In this document: positions 8,351 to 16,788 of the stretch, one piece after another
Layout: every line of letters starts with the position of its first letter
Numbering within the stretch: position 1 is the stretch's first letter
The notes under the pieces: generated by a model
Databases searched by the model: none
What the model was told of the DNA's origin: nothing
The model's input: the letters and a program-made list of their open reading frames with translations, nothing else
Assembly (NCBI GenBank): GCA_025839675.1
Contig: CP104013.1
Location: forward strand, 3,270,001 to 3,302,000
Direction: 5' to 3'
DNA: 32,000 nucleotides
Source of the DNA: Candidatus Lokiarchaeum ossiferum
GTDB taxonomy: Archaea; Asgardarchaeota; Lokiarchaeia; Sigyniarchaeales; Promethearchaeaceae
Translations under genes and position numbers: made by a program

Positions 8351-11149
8351 ATGTTGGATAAAAATAAAAAAGGCAAGAAGAAATTGTCCTTGGGATCTAA
8401 AATCGGAATGTGCCTCTTCATTGTTGCGATGATCTCTACCAATAGCCCAAATCTGATAAAAAGCGCTTCAGCAATTTCCGTGAATGATTGGGAATTAAAT
8501 CCTGAATGGGAAGGGTGGGAAGAGGATTCTACTCTTGGAAATCAATATACACGCGTCGCTGAATATTCAGATTTAGGCTCACGAGATCCGGTGTTGGGAC
8601 TCCGCGATGGTTCCTATTATGGAGAAGCGAAAATAAAGAATGAATTTCCCAACCAACCTGCGGGGGCTTTTTCCACCGAATTGAAAATCGTTGAAACCTC
8701 TTATGGAAATGAGGATTGTTCTTTTATTCGATTTTATTCAGGAACAACAATTGCTGCTGCTTTAATTATTGATAATAATTTTAGATATGCTCCTGACCAA
8801 GGAGTATCCGATGCCCCTATAAGATCGATCAATGTGGAATTGGAGACGTGGTACCACTTTGCTGCTGAATGGAATAGTCAAGCAACTGGAACTAATGAGT
8901 GGACATTTTACATTAACGGTCAAATTATTGCTCAGTTCGATTCGACCAATCCGTTTTCAGGAATTAATAATATCACAATTAGTACATATCTTGGCGATAT
9001 AACTCATAATCTGACCTTACATAACCTACGACATATGGATGATTCTTCCACAATTAACCAAATTTGGGAAGAAGATAAATTTTTTGAATGGACTAGCGGT
9101 GGGACGAATCAATGGTGTCATATTTCGACTAACATTTTTGAAGATCGAAACGTGTTAAAACTAAACGATGGTTCATGGGTCGGGGAAGCAATCGCAACAG
9201 CGAACTTTGATTTATCCGAAAAGGGATCGTTTTCTACAAATATTCGAATTGTTGATTCTGGTTATGGAGAAACAGATTGTTTCCTAATTAGATTTCTCTC
9301 AGGATCGACTGTGAGCAGCTATATGACCATGTGGGAAGATCAAGGTGTAAATACGATCAGATTTTGTGGATCTGACGGCAATTCTTACCCCACAGGATCA
9401 ACATACTCTACTAATGTGTGGAATGATGATTTCAAAGCCGAATGGGATTGCTCAGGAAGTGGTAAAGACCAATGGGTTTTTTCTCTGGGAGGCACAGTAA
9501 TAAAGACATTTGAATCTGAAAAATACACTTCAGGAATTAATCAAATTTCGATTCGCTCTTTATATAGCAAACCAACCAATTATGTCTATTTTAATGATAT
9601 TCAAATCGATTCGGATGATGATGGTCTATCACGTAAAGAAGAATTGCTCTTTGGCACCGACCCGACCACGGCGGATTCGGATGGGGATGGGCGCGAGGAC
9701 GGGGTGGAGATTAGATATATGACAAATCCTATAATAAATGAAGTCTTTTGGGAAGATTTTGAAGAAATTTCTTTACCAAGTGGATATATTGATAATGGAG
9801 ATACTATCGGAGAGTGGCAAGTGGCTAAAGATAATGATGATTTTTGTGATCTATATGTCGATCAGAGTCCAAGCTATTGGGGAGAATCTTCTCAAGTTTT
9901 ATGGCTTCATACTACTGATGAAAGTCTCATTGATATTTATAAAAATGATATCGCTTCATCTGGAGATAATTTGGTTTATTTTCGCTCCTCTATTAGTATA
10001 GGACAGCTTCAGTATCAACAGTTTTATGTTGATTTTACCTATGGAACTTCTTCACGCTTGCATTTTCTGTTTTCTAGTGGAGAATTATTTTTCTGGGATT
10101 CCTATTATATATATGGGAAACACCTTACTGCTTATAAACCTGTATATGATGCAGCGAGCAATGTTGTTGTTTATAGTGAAGATCAAAAAATTGATTTCGA
10201 AGTATTCATTGATAAGGACCAATCCACTTGGACTCTGAAATGGAATGGACAAGCAATAATGAAGCAATATGATCTTGATTTTGGTAATACTTTTAATCGA
10301 GTGATTTTAGGCACACCATCAACATCTTCTGGACGAGTTTTTCTTGATGATCTCGTTTTTGAACATGGGAAAATCACTAAAGATGATTCGAAGACCTTAT
10401 ACAATAAAATAGTTCCGAATATAGTCGCCTGTTTACCTGGGTTCAATGAGGAATTCTCTGAAGATTCTATTGGCGATACTAGCCTTGTAGGATTAGAAAT
10501 ATCATCAATCGTTTCTCGAGATACTGAGTATTCCTTCAATTTTCCTTTTGTTTCAGTTAGTTATGATGATGAAATTGAAACGGGTCCACATCATGATGAG
10601 GTTCGAACAATTGGTCAAGAACATTGGTATTGGTACTATAAAATTTATGGAGATATTGAATTTTACTCAATCGACTTAACAGAGTATTCATATTCTGCTT
10701 CCTTTTTGGCATTTTATTCATTTGACCCATATTCAACTCAAAACACCGTACTTACCAATCATCCCTATTCAGATCTCCGCGATGATTGCTCGTATTTAAA
10801 TCAGGAAACATTTGATTATTGGGTCCAGCCATCATATACTTCTGAATACTCTTGTCCTCAACAATACACGGATTCTGGGAGTCAAACTCAAAAAGGATGG
10901 GATTACACCATTAGTAAACAAACCACATTAGGATTGAATTTTGAGTTATCCTTTGCCACACCAGTCCAATCAATTTCTCTTCCCCTTGGCATATCTTTTG
11001 CATTCAATGTTGAACGAGATTTAGATTTCTGGTACTATCTGATATTGAAAGATACCCATACTTCTACTAAATCAGTAACTTATAATATGAATGCCAATGT
11101 AGCTAAAGGTTTTTATACTTTTTTTATTAGTGATTTTAAGATTCACTAA
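8351..11149 (+). CDS. Giant secreted multidomain protein 3 (932 aa): signal/anchor segment, 2 tandem LamG-like modules, TSP3-like repeats, a third module, ~230-aa beta-rich C-terminal domain
   Basis: Long ORF with N-terminus KKKLSLGSKIGMCLFIVAMISTNSPNLIKSASA. Duplicated modules: (...GSYYGEAKIKNEF...GAFSTELKIVETSYGNEDCSFIRFYSG...) and (...GSWVGEAIATANF...GSFSTNIRIVDSGYGETDCFLIRFLSG...). TSP3 motif: DSDDDGLSRKEELLFGTDPTTADSDGDGREDGVE. Confidence 0.9.
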   Translation: MLDKNKKGKKKLSLGSKIGMCLFIVAMISTNSPNLIKSASAISVNDWELNPEWEGWEEDSTLGNQYTRVAEYSDLGSRDPVLGLRDGSYYGEAKIKNEFPNQPAGAFSTELKIVETSYGNEDCSFIRFYSGTTIAAALIIDNNFRYAPDQGVSDAPIRSINVELETWYHFAAEWNSQATGTNEWTFYINGQIIAQFDSTNPFSGINNITISTYLGDITHNLTLHNLRHMDDSSTINQIWEEDKFFEWTSGGTNQWCHISTNIFEDRNVLKLNDGSWVGEAIATANFDLSEKGSFSTNIRIVDSGYGETDCFLIRFLSGSTVSSYMTMWEDQGVNTIRFCGSDGNSYPTGSTYSTNVWNDDFKAEWDCSGSGKDQWVFSLGGTVIKTFESEKYTSGINQISIRSLYSKPTNYVYFNDIQIDSDDDGLSRKEELLFGTDPTTADSDGDGREDGVEIRYMTNPIINEVFWEDFEEISLPSGYIDNGDTIGEWQVAKDNDDFCDLYVDQSPSYWGESSQVLWLHTTDESLIDIYKNDIASSGDNLVYFRSSISIGQLQYQQFYVDFTYGTSSRLHFLFSSGELFFWDSYYIYGKHLTAYKPVYDAASNVVVYSEDQKIDFEVFIDKDQSTWTLKWNGQAIMKQYDLDFGNTFNRVILGTPSTSSGRVFLDDLVFEHGKITKDDSKTLYNKIVPNIVACLPGFNEEFSEDSIGDTSLVGLEISSIVSRDTEYSFNFPFVSVSYDDEIETGPHHDEVRTIGQEHWYWYYKIYGDIEFYSIDLTEYSYSASFLAFYSFDPYSTQNTVLTNHPYSDLRDDCSYLNQETFDYWVQPSYTSEYSCPQQYTDSGSQTQKGWDYTISKQTTLGLNFELSFATPVQSISLPLGISFAFNVERDLDFWYYLILKDTHTSTKSVTYNMNANVAKGFYTFFISDFKIH
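9608..9731 (+). repeat. TSP3-like Ca-binding repeats of giant protein 3 (within CDS)
   Basis: Translation DSDDDGLSRKEELLFGTDPTTADSDGDGREDGVEIRYMTNP. Confidence 0.8.
9653..9691 (+). repeat. GC-rich conserved DNA island, copy C
   Basis: 39/39 identical to 6500-6538. Confidence 0.9.
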
Positions 11150-11162
11150 TATTTTTTTTTAA
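11150..11162 (+). terminator. T9 tract directly after giant gene 3
   Basis: TAATATTTTTTTTTAACC: an oligo-T run starts 3 nt after the stop codon. Confidence 0.45.
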
Positions 11163-11713
11163 CCTAGCCAAATTTTTAGTATATTTTGAAGCCCTAGAGA
11201 AAAAGAATAGTCCTGAATTTCTTAACTCGAAAAAAAACTTTATAGGAAAAACTTGCCAAAGGGGTTAAAAAAAGATTTTGATCCCAAAGGGGAAGAAAAC
11301 TGACAGGTGTGGAATTGGAAGCGATTTTGTGACTGTTTCATCGGTTTTGATCAAATGATAAAAGATCAGTTATTAGGAAGGGATGAATGACTATCTGAAA
11401 AATCACTTTTGGGACTGAATTAAGCGGAGTATTAGATAATATAGAAAGTGTATAGAGGTTGAAAAAGATTCGAGGAAGCATAGCGAACCAACAGGATTTG
11501 CAAAAGAAAGGACCGCCAACATGAGAAATCAAGGTTATGAGACTACCACCATCCAAAATGACTACATGAAATTCATATCGCGTCTATAATTGAAGATATT
11601 TTTTGGTGTGAATCTTTATCCTAAGAAAAGTCAAACCTAGCAAAATAAAGCGGTTTTTTTTAATACTTCTACTTTACATTTCAATCCGATAGGAAAAGTA
11701 GTGGATGGATGCT

Positions 11714-11872
11714 TTACTCGTTCTCTGGTATTAAAGCAGCCTTCAATTTCCGAACCGCTTCCTTGATCACTTCTGCCCGTGAACTATACCCAAATTTGGG
11801 ATTCTCGAGGATTTTATCAATATATTCTTCCACAAAAGGTTCAGGCAACGAAATCGAAGCAAATTTTCCCAT
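11714..11872 (-). CDS. Ribbon-helix-helix (CopG/Arc-like) DNA-binding protein, 52 aa (below the ORF-track size cutoff)
   Basis: Own translation: MGKFASISLPEPFVEEYIDKILENPKFGYSSRAEVIKEAVRKLKAALIPENE*. A beta-strand (ISLPE) followed by helix, G-x-S-R-[AS]-E-[VL]-I-[KR]-E-A-[VL] and helix is the classical RHH signature. Confidence 0.65.
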   Translation of the reverse strand: MGKFASISLPEPFVEEYIDKILENPKFGYSSRAEVIKEAVRKLKAALIPENE

Positions 11873-12555
11873 ATTTGCTCTAGAGATGCCCTACTATTTA
11901 TGTTTGTTGCTTGGTTTAAGTTCAATTATGTATCCATGATATATAAGTGAAGTATGATAGATCGATAAATTATATTTATAAGGATGCGTTTCATACAATT
12001 ATGTATCAAACACAGATCAAGCACGAGTAATGCTGATTCTTTTTGAACATGTCTTCCGAGTTTATAAGTTTCAAAAAGTAATTACAGTATCATAAATCTG
12101 GAAAAACAGATCTGTTTGGTAACCTATAGATTAGCGACAAACGTCCCAAGAGGTCTCATTATGTCTCAAAAACCTAGAATATCAATAACAACAGGGCAAA
12201 GGTCAACATCCTGTGTCAATCCTACCAAGTCTCCGTCAGAACCGCACGGATCTCCCATATCTGCCATCAATCCATTGGCAGATCAATCGCTTTCTCCTTC
12301 TGGATCTAAATTTTATTATCAGTATTTTAACGATCAAAATCATATTGAATGTTTTTGAACGTGAGCGATTATTATGGGAAAGCACTCATGAGGAACTCAG
12401 CTACTTACTTTTACATGTATCCAATAAAAATGACCTTATATCATCTCTATCAACAAAAAAGAGCTTCAAAATTAAAGGATCAGATAATCTTACCTTATGC
12501 TAGATTTCAATAAAAAATCATGATCAGATTTAATTTTGGAATATTAGAAAAAGAT

Positions 12556-12661
12556 TGGTGGGAAAGGTGGGCTTCGGACCCACGACCTCTGCCTTATCAG
12601 GGCAGCGCTCGATTGCCTTCATATGAAGAGATACATACAATCCAGGCTAAGCTACTCTCCC
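12556..12661 (-). tRNA. tRNA-Ile (anticodon GAU) with a ~28-30 nt insertion (putative non-canonical intron) in the D-loop and an encoded CCA
   Basis: Hand fold of the minus strand. Acceptor stem GGGAGAG/CUUUCCC. D-stem GCUU/GAGC enclosing a 38-nt loop. Anticodon arm CUGCC-CUGAUAA-GGCAG. Variable loop AGGUC. T-arm GUGGG-UCCGAAG-CCCAC. Discriminator A plus CCA. Caveats: T-loop position 55 is C rather than the near-universal U, and the intron boundaries were not resolved by eye. Confidence 0.7.
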
Positions 12662-12695
12662 GTTTCTGTTTTTACAAAACTGTCTGATATTTAAC

Positions 12696-12705
12696 AATTT
12701 TATAA
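12696..12705 (-). promoter_or_regulatory. Possible TATA box (TTATAAAATT) for the tRNA-Ile gene
   Basis: An A/T-rich TATA-like octamer lies 35-44 nt upstream of the mature 5' end, compatible with a short leader removed by RNase P. Confidence 0.3.
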
Positions 12706-13244
12706 TAGTCGGGATAAACAGACTATAATTGTCACTCATGATGGAACAATTAAAAAATTTCCGATTTTCATTCCATAAAAAGTTCTCTGTTTCAATCCGA
12801 ACAGTGGTTTGACAGTTTTAGGGGATTCAATTTACATGGGTGGCATTTGCTTCGTGGGGGGGAATTGTCGAAAGTATATAAGAATCTAGGATCTAAAAAA
12901 AAAGTCGAGTTGTGCGAAAAAAACCAAGAAATCGCAATGTGAGAAGGACAATTTTTTACAACAACTGAGCAAAGAAAAACCATAGAATACTAGGAATTAT
13001 AAAATGGATTTCAGAGATTTGAGTGAAGAAGGGGTAAAGTTTTAAAAAAAATTGAAAGAAATAGTTTTTTGAAAGAAAGTGGGAAGATTCCACATAATTC
13101 TTCAAGTAATTTATTATTTACAAGCGTCTCAAGTTCTACATCGGTGGAGGATTTTAAAATCAAAGAGATTTTTTCATTTGTCATGGATCTTTTTTGATCG
13201 AATCTTTTTTAATTATTTATGACTAAATATAAATTAAGATAAAA

Positions 13245-13709
13245 ATGAAAGACAAACAAAATGTAGGAAATTCTGGAGAATATTATATTGCAGCTTTCCT
13301 TTCTGCACGAAATTTTATAGTAACCATCACCCTAGGAAGAGCTATTGGCTATGATTTATTAGCGGTCAATCCAAGCGGAAAGTTAATCAAAATATCTGTA
13401 AAAACTCGCGATTCAAACTCAACTCATAGATTTGTGTTATCAGAAAAATCTGAGTCATTAAAATCCGAGGATCTGTTCTATGCATTTGTTAGAACGAATA
13501 AATTTGAATCTCTACCCGATTTTTGGATGATTCCATCAAAAATTGTTGCTGAGCAAACATATAATAGCCATAAGAAATGGCTTCAAGAAGATAGCAATCA
13601 CAAGGATAATACAATGCGAACATTTTGGGTGAAAAATCATGATCTTTTCCCAAAGAATTGGGGAGAAACAATGGAGCAATATCATAATAGTTATTCTAGT
13701 TTGCTATAG
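13245..13709 (+). CDS. Putative PD-(D/E)xK-fold (restriction endonuclease-like / Hjc-YraN-like) nuclease, 154 aa
   Basis: The N-terminal pattern GEYYIAAFLSARNFIVTITLGRAIGYDLLAVNPSGKLIKISVKT matches the (G)E-helix, D-strand and [ESQ]xK-strand arrangement of PD-(D/E)xK nucleases. This is pattern recognition only. Confidence 0.5.
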   Translation: MKDKQNVGNSGEYYIAAFLSARNFIVTITLGRAIGYDLLAVNPSGKLIKISVKTRDSNSTHRFVLSEKSESLKSEDLFYAFVRTNKFESLPDFWMIPSKIVAEQTYNSHKKWLQEDSNHKDNTMRTFWVKNHDLFPKNWGETMEQYHNSYSSLL

Positions 13710-13864
13710 TTTTTTTTTAAGAATATTATCTCAGATAATGTTTTTTCATATTGATCATTCATAGAATGCAAGAAGAAATTGGATTTTTCCAAAGATAAAG
13801 AGGTCTGGAAAAAAAGTTGGACTTCTTTTTTAGAATTTTTTCTCATTTTGAGGAAAAATTTCTT

Positions 13865-13986
13865 TCAGGGAAAATCTCAGTTCATCCTTTTGCATTCAAT
13901 ATTTGAACACTATTCATAGGGTGATATTTCTATTTAAACACCGTGGTAATAGCAAAATAATCACTCATGTGATCTTTTTATATTTA
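13865..13986 (-). promoter_or_regulatory. Conserved upstream module, copy 5 (orphan; same subtype as copy 4)
   Basis: The minus strand reads AAATATAAAAAGATCACATGAGTGATTATTTTGCTATTACCACGGTGTTTAAATAGAAAT...ATATTGAATGCAAAAGGATGAACTGA. It is collinear with copy 4 (20602-20470) and shares the TGAATGCAAAAGGATGAA core with copy 3. No giant gene follows; there is only a 51-codon ORF at 13845-13690. Confidence 0.55.
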
Positions 13987-14227
13987 TCCATTGTTTCAAA
14001 TCGAGCATATCTTCCTCGTATTTTTCAACGAGAGTCCGATATTTCTTTTGATAGATGCGTTCGGGAAGCAAGCCAACACTCCGGAACAACAACATCATAT
14101 TCAAAAATTCCAGTTTCATTTCAAACGGCCAACTATCGATGGGGTCATCCTTATAAACGGAGACTCGAGAGATCCCCGCCGATCCCAAGTTGATTTCAAA
14201 ATGGCACTTTTTATGCGGTTTGTTCAC
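13961..14227 (-). CDS. Hypothetical protein (88 aa), possibly a gene fragment
   Basis: ORF with a GTG start. The composition looks protein-like (…SAGISRVSVYKDDPIDSWPFEMKLEFLNMMLLFRSVGLLPERIYQKKYRTLVEKYEEDMLDLKQWI) but I recognise no family. Other frames here hold competing ORFs. Confidence 0.3.
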   Translation of the reverse strand: MNKPHKKCHFEINLGSAGISRVSVYKDDPIDSWPFEMKLEFLNMMLLFRSVGLLPERIYQKKYRTLVEKYEEDMLDLKQWINIKRSHE

Positions 14228-14609
14228 TTTTTTCCCTCTTGCCCATCCAAAATGTTCTTATAGTATTTATTAGATCCCCACCTTTTAAAATAGATTTTGA
14301 AAAGAAAATAAGGAAAAAAAAATCCAGCAAAAAGATAGAAAGATATAAATAAATTATCGGTAACTTGCTACGGTAGTATAAACATAGTGAAATGTTGCCC
14401 CAGCATTGATACATTTGGGGTAGATTTCTTTAGGAATTGTATTAATCGAAGATATTATTTCCGTTAACGCTAAAACGAAACTTTTATACCGTCAAACTCC
14501 CGTATGAGAGTAAAAGTGCAGCCAAACCAGATAGGAATAAAATGGAGTTGAATGATGTAATAAAAAAAAATTTGTAATAAAAGGGGTTTTGGGAAATTGA
14601 AAGGGAGTT

Positions 14610-14882
14610 TTATTTCTTCATTTTATTCCCAGAGGGTTTGTTGTTCTTTAAACGACGATTCTCAATAGAATTTGCTTGAGCTCGAGTTTTTGTAGTCTTC
14701 ACAGATACTTTTGAAAAGTGTTTACTTGGATCCTGATGATGTTCTTTGATCCTTCTGTTAAGATTATTCGTCATCCCAGTATAAGCGGTTTTTCCTGATT
14801 TAGACTTTAAATTATATACACCAGGGGATTTTGGAATTTTAGAACGACTTTTTTTTGTGTTAGAATATGTTTTCGATGTCAT
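14610..14882 (-). CDS. Small GIY-YIG nuclease-superfamily protein (90 aa)
   Basis: PGVYNLKSKSGKTAYTGMTNNLNRRIKEH matches GIY-(x9-11)-YIG followed by the conserved R...(K/E)H of GIY-YIG domains. The tails are basic. Confidence 0.7.
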   Translation of the reverse strand: MTSKTYSNTKKSRSKIPKSPGVYNLKSKSGKTAYTGMTNNLNRRIKEHHQDPSKHFSKVSVKTTKTRAQANSIENRRLKNNKPSGNKMKK

Positions 14883-15504
14883 ATTAATTATTTCCTATTT
14901 TTTTTTACATTTATTGTGAGTGTCAAGGGGCATTAGCCGATTCCTCGCCTCAAATAAAGATTCAATTTAAATTTCTGCGAGATAAGGAATGTCAAATCAC
15001 TTGTATTCATAAGATTTTTTTGCATCCTTTCTCTTCTTACGCCATGAACCATCTTTGTTTCGGGTTCGGGGTTCCATTCCACCTTTTGAAGGTACATGAG
15101 GTCCAGAACGTTTTCCAGCGCGTCTATCTACCAAATTTTAATTCACCTGAAAGTTGTGGTAACAATAAGTTGATGTATTGAAAGCTTTTCGCTGTAATCA
15201 ATCTCAAACATTATTGATGTTATTTTGTGAATATTATACTTCACCAGAGATCTAGGGGAGATGTTCCAAGTAATTTCGGTGAGGTTTCAATGTAACCGAA
15301 GTCCGAACTTCCTTGAATTGAGTTTTCCTTCCAATCTCTAAATATATTATAACGTACCTCTTTTTAAAACTAAGTAAGATTTTGTCAAATATTTTTGTCA
15401 GTTATTGTCGATTTTGAATTTAATTAAGTTCTTTCATTGTGTTCAATAGAAAAATCATAATTTATATATACATATAAAAACAATAAACACGCTAGAGTGT
15501 TTAT

Positions 15505-16299
15505 ATGAATAATATAATTCCTCAAGAACGAAATATTTTAATTGTACCAATTGGATTAGAAATAGACCGCGTAATTGCAGGATGCAAACTATATCCAATT
15601 AATGTTATATATCTCTTACATAATCCGCTTGTGGATTCAACCAAATTTGCAGTAGAACGATATTCAAGTTATTTTGCAAAAGAAGTTAAGAATAGGATAG
15701 GGAGTTCTTTCAATAAAATAGAAGAAGAAATTACAAATTTAGGTTCTTTTCATGATTCATTAACATGTTTGAACAGAATAATGAAATTGGAAGAAAAAAT
15801 AGAAAGATTGGGACATATCTACATAAATATATCGACAGCATCAAAAACCTTCGCAATGGCAGCTTATTTATTTGCAAGTAGAAAACCAGAACTTTTCACC
15901 TTATTCTATTTACAATCAAACAAATACATCCTACTAGAGCATTTTAATAAAGAAAATTCTTCTTTGGATAAACTGGAAGAAGAATTTAGAAAATCTGGTT
16001 TAACTCAAGGCGATTTTGAAGTAGAAGAAATTCCAATTTTGAAAACAGAATGGTTCAATAAAGAGGAAGCAGAAATTTTACGTATTTTCGATGGAAATAG
16101 ATCTTTTGATTCATTATTGGAGTTGATAGCTAATCTGAAACAGGAAAATAATCCAAAAAACAGAATGAAGATCAGAAGAATACTTAACAAATTTGAAGAT
16201 CTTGGAATCATTCAGATGAAAAAACGTGGAAAAAATTTAATTATAACTCCTACAAAAAAACACAGCAGTATTTCAAATATGACTGGAGTTTTTTACTAA
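15505..16299 (+). CDS. Putative transcriptional regulator: Csa3/CARF-like Rossmann N-domain (HFX_2341/DUF6293-like) plus C-terminal winged helix
   Basis: NILIVPIGLEIDRVIAG...IYINISTASKTFAMAAYLFAS resembles, from memory, the VHIVPVGFxYDRV / VNVSxxPRxxxFA motifs of that family. The C-terminus (ILRIF...SFDSLLELI...RRILNKFEDLGIIQMKKRGKNLIITPT) looks like a wHTH. An A/T-rich TATA-like stretch lies just upstream. Confidence 0.5.
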   Translation: MNNIIPQERNILIVPIGLEIDRVIAGCKLYPINVIYLLHNPLVDSTKFAVERYSSYFAKEVKNRIGSSFNKIEEEITNLGSFHDSLTCLNRIMKLEEKIERLGHIYINISTASKTFAMAAYLFASRKPELFTLFYLQSNKYILLEHFNKENSSLDKLEEEFRKSGLTQGDFEVEEIPILKTEWFNKEEAEILRIFDGNRSFDSLLELIANLKQENNPKNRMKIRRILNKFEDLGIIQMKKRGKNLIITPTKKHSSISNMTGVFY

Positions 16300-16584
16300 T
16301 CCTCACATTTTTAGATAGAAAAAAACCCCCCTTGATGTTATTTGTGCTGATGCAGTCTCAACAGCATAAGGTTTCAAAAGGTGTGCATTAGCTAGTATTA
16401 GATTTTTAATGCATTACACTCAATGAATTAGCCCATTAATCGAATCTCAAATTTCATAATTATTTTGGAGTAAAAATGCAATATCACGAGCTCGAGTAGA
16501 GATTGAGTAAAATAAATTGCCTTCCAACTGAAAATATAAAAGAATAAATTTCAAATTAAATATGTCCATTTTTTGATTGATCGT

Positions 16585-16693
16585 ATATTGAATGCCTACT
16601 CATAAAAAATAAAACCATAAATACTTCCTCAGCGAAGTAATCACATACTTTTTTGATGGAATAGATACTTAAGTATGACCCCATGGACCAATT
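16585..16693. repeat. Direct repeat, left copy (DR-L), flanking the giant gene 4 cassette
   Basis: ATATTGAATGCCTACTCATAAAAAATAAAACCATAAATACTTCC (44 nt identical), then ~85-90% identity up to ...AAGTATGAC..GACCAAT, when compared with 20717-20832. Confidence 0.85.
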
Positions 16694-16756
16694 TTCTCTC
16701 ATTTCAAATTTCGAATTAGGATCTTTGCTCCTTTAAATATTTTTCATAGATACTGG

Positions 16757-16788
16757 AAAGAAAGAAAAAAGAAAAGAAAAAAGAATAA
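16757..16788 (-). terminator. T-rich tract after giant gene 4 (minus strand CTTTCTTTTTTCTTTTCTTTTTTCTTATT)
   Basis: Oligo-T runs on the coding (minus) strand lie immediately downstream of stop codon 16789-16791. Confidence 0.45.

Noticed and set aside
9653-9712. G-runs in the TSP3 island (GGGGATGGGCGCGAGGACGGGGTGG) as a possible G-quadruplex.
   Set aside because: Only two or three runs have 3 or more G. The pattern is explained by Asp-Gly codons (GAT GGG) and is not preserved in copies A and D.
11338-11556. 72-aa ORF downstream of the RHH gene as a candidate toxin partner.
   Set aside because: It has a TTG start and a hydrophobic, low-complexity sequence with no resemblance to known toxin folds. 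It lies 158 nt from the RHH stop, which is unlike typical overlapping TA operons.
12116-12503. Overlapping 80-aa and 96-aa plus-strand ORFs next to the tRNA 3' end, considered as integrase or att-site remnants.
   Set aside because: The two frames compete over the same DNA. One has a non-ATG (TTG) start, neither shows a recognisable motif, and the Ser/Pro-rich composition is typical of random ORFs.
12792-12983. 63-aa minus-strand ORF and locally G-rich DNA upstream of the tRNA, considered as an ncRNA or small gene.
   Set aside because: No convincing stem-loops or protein motifs were found. Only 4-5 bp complementarities could be drawn by eye.
13903-14414. Several overlapping ORFs (13903-14193, 13991-14263, 14211-14414).
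   Set aside because: They are mutually exclusive frames over the same DNA. Only 13961-14227 (minus strand) looks protein-like, and it is kept at low confidence. 13903-14193 also overlaps the conserved non-coding module copy 5.
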